From: Acaryochloris thomasi RCC1774
Lineage (GTDB): Bacteria > Cyanobacteriota > Cyanobacteriia > Thermosynechococcales > Thermosynechococcaceae
Reading direction: 5' to 3'
Assembly (NCBI RefSeq): GCF_003231495.1
Contig: NZ_PQWO01000014.1
Coordinates: 60,001-92,000 of the forward strand
Length of the DNA stretch: 32,000 bases
Below, in pieces: positions 11,054-18,050 of the stretch (the stretch's first letter is position 1; each line of letters begins with the position of its first letter). A model generated the notes under the pieces. The model was not told where the DNA came from. It saw only the letters and a program-made list of their open reading frames with translations, and did no database searches. Both the position numbers and the translations under genes were made by a program.

Positions 11054-11452
11054 ATGCAATGGGATCTTCAATTCCTGCTTGATATGCTGCAATCTGCAGC
11101 ACTGATCATGACCTACACCGCTCAATGCTCGAAAACTAGGTTCGTCGCAAATGTGCAGCTTCAAGATTCAGTGATTCGACGGCTCTTTGTGATTACCGAA
11201 GCCGCCAGATGAGTTTCCGAAACAACCCGACAGAACTTGCTCGACATCTCTTGGCAAGAAATCAATGGAATGCGAAATCGGTTGGTGCATGAATATGATG
11301 ATGTCCCCCTCAACATCGTTTGGAATGTAATTCAGTCGGAGATCCCACCTTTGATCTATGTCTCTTGCACCGATGCAAGAAGCGTTTCGACAATCAACAA
11401 TCTCAACCAAGCGTCTGTTGAGTTGAGCATCACCGAGGTTGGAAGCTCTTAG
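11054..11452 (+). pseudogene. hepT: HepT (DUF86) RNase toxin interrupted by an in-frame TGA
   Basis: A single frame reads MQWDLQFLLDMLQSAALIMTY...VQLQDSVIRRLFVITEAAR-TGA(11210-11212)-VSETTRQNLLDISWQEINGMRNRLVHEYDDVPLNIVWNVIQSEIPPL. The Rx4HxY catalytic motif lies downstream of the stop. The stop falls where family members normally have Arg (EAARR). Confidence 0.75.
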
Positions 11453-11670
11453 TTCCTACGCTGCCCATCTGTGCATGATTGATCCTTTAGCCTTTATAAG
11501 AGTTGCAGTAGCACTCTACAACTAGTCGAGAGCTTGAAACTCAATCATTATAATACCTTCAATACTTATGGATAAGGCATAGATTATCATGGACGTTGTA
11601 GCAATCAGCACTTGTTCCAAGCAACTTAAGGTTAAGCAGTAGACCCCTTCGAATTCACATCGCTTTGTAT

Positions 11671-12186
11671 CTAAGAGCCAACACCTCTCAAAAGTTCGCT
11701 TGCGAAGCCGATTAGTGCAAGACCAAGTCCTAAGAAGGCAAAGCCAAACTTTAGTGGAGTAATATACCTCTTGAAATCAAGAAAATCATATGTTGATTTC
11801 AGCGCTAGTATTTGGATGCCACCTTCAGTTAAGTCCATGACAATGGCTAATAGAGCGGGCACTACCAAGTAGGGTCCGCGAGGGAAGAAACGCATCGCGG
11901 CACCAGCAAAGAGGCCGCCATAGGATAGAGGATATGCAACATCTAATGTCGCCGTAATCCACAAATGAGCCTTTCTCTGATTTTGACTCATTTTACATAT
12001 TGTATCCCGAGCCTTTGTAGGACTCACAATTAGATCGAGCAGATTCACCTTCCAATATCTAGCGACAAATGGAATAATAAATGTCAGCAAAGTTGCAAAA
12101 ATTAATAAAGTCCACAAAACAGAATCTTGAATGAGCCAGTCTTTCCCAAAAAAATCCATGTTTTTGCCTGAGATAGTATTTTGCAT
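11671..12186 (-). CDS. Hypothetical integral membrane protein with about four TM segments
   Basis: 171 aa with four hydrophobic stretches: VLWTLLIFATLLTFIIPFVA, HLWITATLDVAYPLSYGGLFAGAAM, YLVVPALLAIVMDLTEGGIQILAL and LKFGFAFLGLGLALIGFA. It starts 48 nt downstream of the SGNH gene on the same strand. I recognised no family. Confidence 0.55.
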   Translation of the reverse strand: MQNTISGKNMDFFGKDWLIQDSVLWTLLIFATLLTFIIPFVARYWKVNLLDLIVSPTKARDTICKMSQNQRKAHLWITATLDVAYPLSYGGLFAGAAMRFFPRGPYLVVPALLAIVMDLTEGGIQILALKSTYDFLDFKRYITPLKFGFAFLGLGLALIGFASELLRGVGS

Positions 12187-12234
12187 GCGTCCAATTATTG
12201 CGACTATTTCAAGTAATTAAGCACGATCTCGATA

Positions 12235-13209
12235 TTAGCTTCGACCTGTTGCTTCTTTGATTTTCTCCGTAAATAGATAACTAACCCTAGCAAATCCTGC
12301 ATTGTTCGGATGTAGCTCATCAAACCAGTTATTGTCTCCCACCTCACCTCGACAATCTACATGGAAAGCACGTCCGCCCATTTCTACATTATTTACTAGT
12401 TCTAGTTGAGATTCGTTTAAATGATCAATAATGACTCGCATGATAGCTTTTTGAAGTTCAGGATCTTCGATTCCCTTTTTCTTCATCGGCCTTCCAAGTG
12501 AGACACCATTATCCGGGATGACGTAATCATACCCATGGCCAATAATCTTTAAGTCAGGGAAGCGGGACAGAAGCCGAATATACAATCCACGGTAGAGCTG
12601 TCTAATCATATCTTTGAATCTATAAAATTCATTATTCAGATAATTCTCTGGAGGCCTTCCATCTTCAAATGGATGAATAAAGTTAGCAAGGTTACCATCA
12701 AAGACTAAATCGTTCCCACTTCCACTGATTAGGAAGACTTCAGGATTTTCTACCTCTATTGCCTGAGTTATCTCATCTTCATTTATGATATTTGACAATA
12801 GGTCTCCTGCTTCACCTAAGCTAAAAATTGCGTAGTCAGGGCTTATGTCAAATGGAGAAAATAGCTGATCGATAACATCGAAAAGTAAAATAGGAAATTG
12901 AAACCATGAGTCTCCTTCTGAAACAATTTTCTGCCCGCGGAATAAAGGGTTGTTAACAGTCAGCCTATACTGTAGTTGGCGCCGTTCTTTAGCTATACGG
13001 TTAATCCCATTCAGAACTCCCCCATTAGACATTTCCGTTGTATTAACAGTCGATGGATTAACTCTGATAATCGGCTCAAATGAGTTAGTAGAGCTAGGAT
13101 CAATTATTAAGAATTCCTGTAAATCTTTTTCTTTTATCTTCGGGTTTATGAGACGTCTGCGTAGCTCCTGAGGACTGATTTTATGAGAATTATTCATTGC
13201 TCTTTCCAT
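12235..13209 (-). CDS. SGNH/GDSL-type hydrolase with an unassigned ~95-aa N-terminal region
   Basis: Block I VSEGDSWF, block II SLGEAGD, block III ISGSGNDL and block V FDELHPNNAGF are present in the canonical order. There is no N-terminal hydrophobic signal, so the protein is probably cytoplasmic. Confidence 0.7.
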   Translation of the reverse strand: MERAMNNSHKISPQELRRRLINPKIKEKDLQEFLIIDPSSTNSFEPIIRVNPSTVNTTEMSNGGVLNGINRIAKERRQLQYRLTVNNPLFRGQKIVSEGDSWFQFPILLFDVIDQLFSPFDISPDYAIFSLGEAGDLLSNIINEDEITQAIEVENPEVFLISGSGNDLVFDGNLANFIHPFEDGRPPENYLNNEFYRFKDMIRQLYRGLYIRLLSRFPDLKIIGHGYDYVIPDNGVSLGRPMKKKGIEDPELQKAIMRVIIDHLNESQLELVNNVEMGGRAFHVDCRGEVGDNNWFDELHPNNAGFARVSYLFTEKIKEATGRS

Positions 13210-13529
13210 ATAATGATCAAGTGAGGTACATCCCTGATTTCTCCCTAGTTCTCATTCCATCTGCCTATCGTGATGGAGGAGTTCATAATCAGAGCTAGTT
13301 ACCTAGGAGTGAAGCACCATCCCCCTTCTATTGGACGCAGAAGGATAGGATATGGTGAATCACCTGTGGAATGTATTAGCTCTGGGCATAATTTTGTTAT
13401 GCACTTTTAACCTAAGGCTTCTATGTGCAGTGGCATATTGCAGAGCTATCGCTACCTGGCTCTGTCTTGTGCAATGGTCTTTAACCCGATGGCGATGCAG
13501 GGCTAATTTATTTAGCCATTGCTGTTACT

Positions 13530-14144
13530 TTAGCTTCTGAGTAGAACGGCAATGCCCGCACCAATCATGATCGCACCAGCGATCAGATTCATGCCCCGGC
13601 TTGTTTTGGCGTTGGCTAATAGAAATCGCGCCCGATCAGCGATGAGTGCATAGCCTAACTTGACACCACCAACTGCAGTGGTTGCGATCGCAACCACAAT
13701 CCCAGCATCCACAATCGAAAGCGTCGCAATATCCACAAAGGCAGGAAAGAAACCCAAATAGAAAAGAACCACCTTTTGATCTGCCACAGTAAGCAAAAAA
13801 CCAGCAAGGAAGCTTGAAACCAACGACGCTTTGGGGGGCTTTTTGAGATCAAAGGTCAAAGACTTAGAGCGCCACAGCGACAAACCCAACCAAATTAAAT
13901 AGGCCGCTCCAGCATATTGAATCAAGAGAATGGCCCCACCCATGCGCTCCGTCAAAAAAGCCAATCCGTAAATGGCTAGCAATATGTAGAGAACATCTCC
14001 AGCCACAATCCCCAGACTGGTGGCAGCACCATGAAAAAAGCCTAATGCAGCCGATCGAGCCAGCACCGTCATCACGCTTAGGCTAGGTAGGAGAGCCAAG
14101 GCCACCATCGCTGTGAATAGGGCAACGGAATTACTCAGGGTCAT
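13530..14144 (-). CDS. LysE/RhtB-family amino-acid exporter
   Basis: 204 aa with about six hydrophobic segments. The N-terminus (LFTAMVALALLPSLSVMTVLARSAALGFFHGAATSLGIVAGD) is typical of the LysE translocator family. Confidence 0.75.
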   Translation of the reverse strand: MTLSNSVALFTAMVALALLPSLSVMTVLARSAALGFFHGAATSLGIVAGDVLYILLAIYGLAFLTERMGGAILLIQYAGAAYLIWLGLSLWRSKSLTFDLKKPPKASLVSSFLAGFLLTVADQKVVLFYLGFFPAFVDIATLSIVDAGIVVAIATTAVGGVKLGYALIADRARFLLANAKTSRGMNLIAGAIMIGAGIAVLLRS

Positions 14145-14233
14145 GGGTTTTGGTGCTTGAGAACATCAGAATTTTGAGGGAAACGGAACATCTGCAACCA
14201 AGTGACTGAAGATATTCGCTGACAAACAATGCG

Positions 14234-15190
14234 CTAAGAGCGAGTCAAGCTAATTCTCGTTTGCCAGTGTTCATAGTTTGAGTTCTGCCCCAGCATTATG
14301 GCTTGTAGATCTTGCTTAAGCCGCGTTGTAATCGGTCGATCATCGCTGAGCTGGTAACTTTCTATCGCCAACACGGGGGTAATTTGAGCTGCTGTGCCGC
14401 AGAGAAAGACCTCATCAGCAATAAATAATTCCGACTTGTCCACTGAACGTTCAATGACCCTGAGGTTCTGTTCTTTAGCCAACTGGATCACGCTATCGCG
14501 GGTAATCCCCTCCAAAATATCTTGATCGACGCTGGGGGTAATTAACTCGCCATTGCGGACCAGGAATAGGTTCATCGCCGAGCCTTCACTTACCTTGCCC
14601 TGCGAGTTCATCAAGATCGCCTCATCAAAACCAGATGAGATCGCTTCCGTTTTCGCCAACGCCGAAGCAATATACGCCGCACTCAATTTTCCCCGCAGTG
14701 GCTGACACCGGTCTTCCTGCCGAGCCCAAGAACTAATCCGACAGCGGACCCCAGCCTCTTTCATGTACTCTCCCATCAGCAATCCATAGATCAGGACATC
14801 CTTCTCAATGTCGTGACAGCGAGGCGCAAGCCCCAGACCCGACGTATAAATCAAAGGCCGGATATAAAACGATGTACGGGGTTGATTCAACCGCACAAAC
14901 TCCATCAGCTTCAGCTTTAGTTCTACAGGGCTGATGGTGTAACCCAAATATTTCGCACTCTGACTCAAGTGCTGGCAGTGAGCATCTAACCGAAACAGCA
15001 GGATCTGCCCCGGCGTATCTGGATTGATCCATCCCCGAATGCCACCTAACACAGCGGTTCCGTAATGGAGTGCATGGGTGGCAATAGAGATTTGGGCCTC
15101 TGAAAAGGGTAAAAAGCGCCCCCGCAGATAGGCTTGGGGCAAAAAGTCGGGCGTCAGATTCTGGGGTCTAATTTCCGGTTGGGCAAGCAT
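14234..15190 (-). CDS. ilvE: Branched-chain amino-acid aminotransferase (class IV fold)
   Basis: FSEAQISIATHALHYGTAVLGGIRG, KLSAAYIASALAKTEA, EGSAMNLFLV and FLCGTAAQITPV are present. I prefer the start at MLAQPEI (15190), because the longer ORF to 15277 would overlap the divergent regulator gene. Confidence 0.85.
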   Translation of the reverse strand: MLAQPEIRPQNLTPDFLPQAYLRGRFLPFSEAQISIATHALHYGTAVLGGIRGWINPDTPGQILLFRLDAHCQHLSQSAKYLGYTISPVELKLKLMEFVRLNQPRTSFYIRPLIYTSGLGLAPRCHDIEKDVLIYGLLMGEYMKEAGVRCRISSWARQEDRCQPLRGKLSAAYIASALAKTEAISSGFDEAILMNSQGKVSEGSAMNLFLVRNGELITPSVDQDILEGITRDSVIQLAKEQNLRVIERSVDKSELFIADEVFLCGTAAQITPVLAIESYQLSDDRPITTRLKQDLQAIMLGQNSNYEHWQTRISLTRS

Positions 15191-15262
15191 GGATAGAGAC
15201 TCCCTTGCAAAAGGTTCAGCATGAACTTTAAAATAGCACCACTGTTGAGTGGTGTCACTAAA

Positions 15263-16075
15263 ATGTCGAATCCGCAATTACAGGAGCAGCTTTCTAGTCT
15301 GGGGTTAACGCGCTATGAAGCGGCAGTCTATCTAGCTCTGCTGGAGCGTCAGGATTTCACGCCTACGCAGGTGGCAACTCGCGCTCAAGTGCCGCGTCAG
15401 CGAATTTATGATGTGTTGGCCTCACTTTGCGATCGCGGCCTCTGTGTCGAACGCCATTCAGGACGACAGCGATTATTCCAGGCCATTGACCCAACCCAGG
15501 CATTGCCGACGCTACTGCAGGTCAAACAGCGCCAGTATGAGGCTGAGCTATCGCGGCAGCGGCAGGAGACAGAAGCAATGGTGGCAGCTTTAGGACCGCT
15601 CTATGCTGCCGGTCATCAGACCCAAGATCCATTGGCGTATATTGAAGTGCTGTCGGAGCCGAACCGGATTTGCGATCGCGGTGCTCAGATGGCCCGGTCA
15701 GCCCAAGACAGCATCTCCGTCTTCTTTAGTTATCCTTCAGTACTCAGCCATGAAGAAGGTTTAAAACTTGTCAAAGAGCCTCTAGCACGTGGCCTCAACT
15801 ACCGAACCATCTATGAAACCCATAGCTGGCAAGATCCCAGTAACCGTGAATTTATCCAGCAATGCCAAGAATGGGGACAGCAAATCCGATTCGTAACGGA
15901 AGTCCCCTTCAAAATGCAGCTCTTTGATCAGCAAGCGACCCTCTTATCCCTCCAGGATCCACTGGCTGGAACGCCCAGCTTTACCGCCCTCAGCATCGCT
16001 CATCCAGGGTTGGCAAAGATGCTACAAATTTCGTTTGAGACTCTTTGGGAGCAGGGAGTCCCTGAGTTGCACTGA
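15263..16075 (+). CDS. TrmB-family transcriptional regulator
   Basis: N-terminal winged helix LGLTRYEAAVYLALLERQDFTPTQVATRAQVPRQRIYDVLASLCDRGL followed by a C-terminal effector-type domain. Divergent from ilvE across a 72-bp spacer. Confidence 0.7.
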   Translation: MSNPQLQEQLSSLGLTRYEAAVYLALLERQDFTPTQVATRAQVPRQRIYDVLASLCDRGLCVERHSGRQRLFQAIDPTQALPTLLQVKQRQYEAELSRQRQETEAMVAALGPLYAAGHQTQDPLAYIEVLSEPNRICDRGAQMARSAQDSISVFFSYPSVLSHEEGLKLVKEPLARGLNYRTIYETHSWQDPSNREFIQQCQEWGQQIRFVTEVPFKMQLFDQQATLLSLQDPLAGTPSFTALSIAHPGLAKMLQISFETLWEQGVPELH

Positions 16076-16161
16076 GTTGGTTCAATTGACGTCGCTTGAA
16101 CGTTACTAGGTCCAACACAATCAGATATTGATCTTATCTGCAATACCAAGAGACTCAGCAA

Positions 16162-16188
16162 CCTTAGATTAGTGGTTCAAATCTAAGG
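16162..16188 (+). other. Perfect 9-bp-stem hairpin between the regulator and kinase genes
   Basis: CCTTAGATT (16162-16170) pairs with AATCTAAGG (16180-16188) across a 9-nt loop. No U-tract follows, so it is not a canonical intrinsic terminator. Confidence 0.3.
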
Positions 16189-16305
16189 CATTTGAGCCTT
16201 AAGTCATACGCGATGTATAAGATTTCCCCTCACTGGGGCAAGATACATATAACAGTCCCCATCAGTTCTGAGCTTCTGTTTCCGACACCACTCTCCGTGA
16301 GGCCC

Positions 16306-17271
16306 ATGTCCGGTACCCAAACCAAAATAGAATCTTTCTCCAATAGTGATATTGATCCCGCTCAGTCATCGTTCCCAAAAGTAGAATCGGATTCAGCTCT
16401 CCTCGGCAGCCGTTATCAGGTCATATCCCAACTCAGGCAAGGAGGATTCGGATACACGTTTCTCGCAGAAGATACCCACCGTCCTGGTAGTCCCCTGTGC
16501 GTGGTTAAAAGACTTGCCCGCTGGTTTAGCATCGAAAATGCAGAACAGGCTCACCAGCTATTTGCAGCGGAAGCCCAAACGCTCGAAAAGCTAGGTGAAC
16601 ACCCACAAATTCCGAGATTACTGGCTTACTTTGAGCAAGGAGGGGAGTTCTATCTAGTCCAAGAGTTAATTAATGGTCAACTCCTAACGGAAGAACTCAT
16701 TGAATGCTGGCCCTATTGGCAGGATGAAAAGATTATCGAATTTCTGAATGAGATGCTATCGCTGTTGGGTTTTGTGCATCAGCATGACGTTATTCATCGA
16801 GATATAAAACCAGATAACCTGATTCGCCGACAGGAAGATGGCAAGCTCGTGTTGATTGATTTTGGGGTTGCGAAGCAAGGTCAGCTAGACAACTGTGTCC
16901 CCGGAAAATCGGTGAATATTGTGGGTACCTCAGGTTATGCTCCTCCAGAACAGCAGCAAGGGTGCCCTCGCTTCAATAGTGATCTCTATACGTTAGGTAT
17001 GGTTGCGATTGAGGCTGCCACAGGTTGTCATCCAGATCGTTTGCCTCGAACAAGCAGTGGAGAGCTGAAATGGCGTTCTTTTGCGACGAAACTTAGTCCG
17101 TGGTTGGCTGATGTTTTGGACGGCATGATTCGTCAAAATGCCCAGAACCGCTATCAAAGAGCGCAGGATATTTTGCAAGATATTCTTAAAAATCTGAATC
17201 AGATGCCAGACCGTGATCAGCATTTGCTACTGCTTGAGTGCATCAGCAAGTATGACTGCTTAGTCATGTAG
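16306..17271 (+). CDS. Hanks-type Ser/Thr protein kinase, kinase domain only
   Basis: Gly loop QGGFGYTF, VVKRL lysine, catalytic loop HRDIKPDNL, DFG, and GTSGYAPPE. The start was chosen at the ATG preceded by GAGG (MSGTQTK). The upstream TTG at 16192 is an alternative. Only ~35 aa follow the kinase domain. Confidence 0.85.
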   Translation: MSGTQTKIESFSNSDIDPAQSSFPKVESDSALLGSRYQVISQLRQGGFGYTFLAEDTHRPGSPLCVVKRLARWFSIENAEQAHQLFAAEAQTLEKLGEHPQIPRLLAYFEQGGEFYLVQELINGQLLTEELIECWPYWQDEKIIEFLNEMLSLLGFVHQHDVIHRDIKPDNLIRRQEDGKLVLIDFGVAKQGQLDNCVPGKSVNIVGTSGYAPPEQQQGCPRFNSDLYTLGMVAIEAATGCHPDRLPRTSSGELKWRSFATKLSPWLADVLDGMIRQNAQNRYQRAQDILQDILKNLNQMPDRDQHLLLLECISKYDCLVM

Positions 17272-17333
17272 GAGTAGGCAGCGTTCATAATTCCACAAAT
17301 CTGACGAAGGCTTCTGGATAGCAGTATTTTCTT

Positions 17334-18050
17334 CTAGATGCTGTAGAGATGTCGCATCCTTTGGCAATACTCCCGCAGTCTTTTGTTTTGCCGAGCCATG
17401 TCATTGAGGGGACAAGGAATGGGAACGTCGATTAGATTAGCCAGGAAAGCATAGACGGTTGCGTCGAAAGACGAAGGCTGGTCACCGAAAAGATAGGTGC
17501 TGCCATTGAGGATAGAGGCTAGTGCCGTGATGTCTTTTTGTCCGAACTGATAAATCTCCGTAGGCGTGAAACGACCAATTCCATTGGCATAGAGTGTCTG
17601 ACGAATCTTCTGTTTGCGCTGTCTTGCTAGCACAGGGAAAATAGCTCGATAGGGCTGTGAAAGTGAGCTAATCACAATTGTCTCAAAGGCAGACCAACAA
17701 ACTGGATCGAGCCAGCGACTATAGACGATGCACCATCTCAACCGCTCCTCTAGCATCACTCTGATCGCATGACCAATCGCCAGTTGTTCTTCGCCTAAGT
17801 GAGCATCAAGGCGAACAGAAAATGTCGAGGTTAGATATTCAATAATCTGCTGAGAGTCAGGGACTGCTTTGTCTTGATGAAGAATATAGGGCAGCTTCTT
17901 CTGGGGAGCCTGACGGGCACTCAAAGTCTCGTGAATCTCGTAGGGAATTGATGCCATCTGCATAAAGGTTTCAACCTTCATACAAAATGGGCTGAGATTC
18001 GCGATCATACTGGGGCGAGGAAATTGATGAAGCGTGACCGTTGCTTTCAT
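17334..18050 (-). CDS. Glutathione S-transferase-like protein (thioredoxin-like N-domain plus helical C-domain)
   Basis: LHQFPRP...NLSPFCMKVETFMQMASIPYEI...KKLPYILHQDKAVPDSQQIIEYL resembles the GST N-terminal domain of the metaxin/FAXC-like subgroup. Its ATG (18048-18050) directly abuts the dnaE-N stop codon. Confidence 0.6.
   Translation of the reverse strand: MKATVTLHQFPRPSMIANLSPFCMKVETFMQMASIPYEIHETLSARQAPQKKLPYILHQDKAVPDSQQIIEYLTSTFSVRLDAHLGEEQLAIGHAIRVMLEERLRWCIVYSRWLDPVCWSAFETIVISSLSQPYRAIFPVLARQRKQKIRQTLYANGIGRFTPTEIYQFGQKDITALASILNGSTYLFGDQPSSFDATVYAFLANLIDVPIPCPLNDMARQNKRLREYCQRMRHLYSI

Larger units (their letters stand above)
11453..13529. other. AT-rich accessory islet with two minus-strand genes and long non-coding flanks
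   Basis: Hand-counted 60-nt samples give 30-40% G+C inside the SGNH gene and 30-47% in the TM gene. Samples of the flanking lysE and ilvE give 48-55%. The islet contains no HIP1 octamer, and I recognised no mobility gene or flanking direct repeat. Confidence 0.6.

Noticed and set aside
11210-11212. The TGA inside hepT, considered as selenocysteine or programmed read-through.
   Set aside because: I see no SECIS-like hairpin immediately downstream. The family has Arg at this position, so a single C-to-T change suffices, and the partner mntA also shows damage. A pseudogene is the simpler reading.
13352-13540. 62-aa hydrophobic, Cys/Trp-rich ORF with an AGGA-type SD at the edge of the AT-rich islet, considered as a type I toxin-like peptide.
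   Set aside because: Its composition is what AT-rich random sequence yields. It overlaps the lysE stop region, and there is no antisense-RNA architecture or conservation evidence available. I kept it only as a note.
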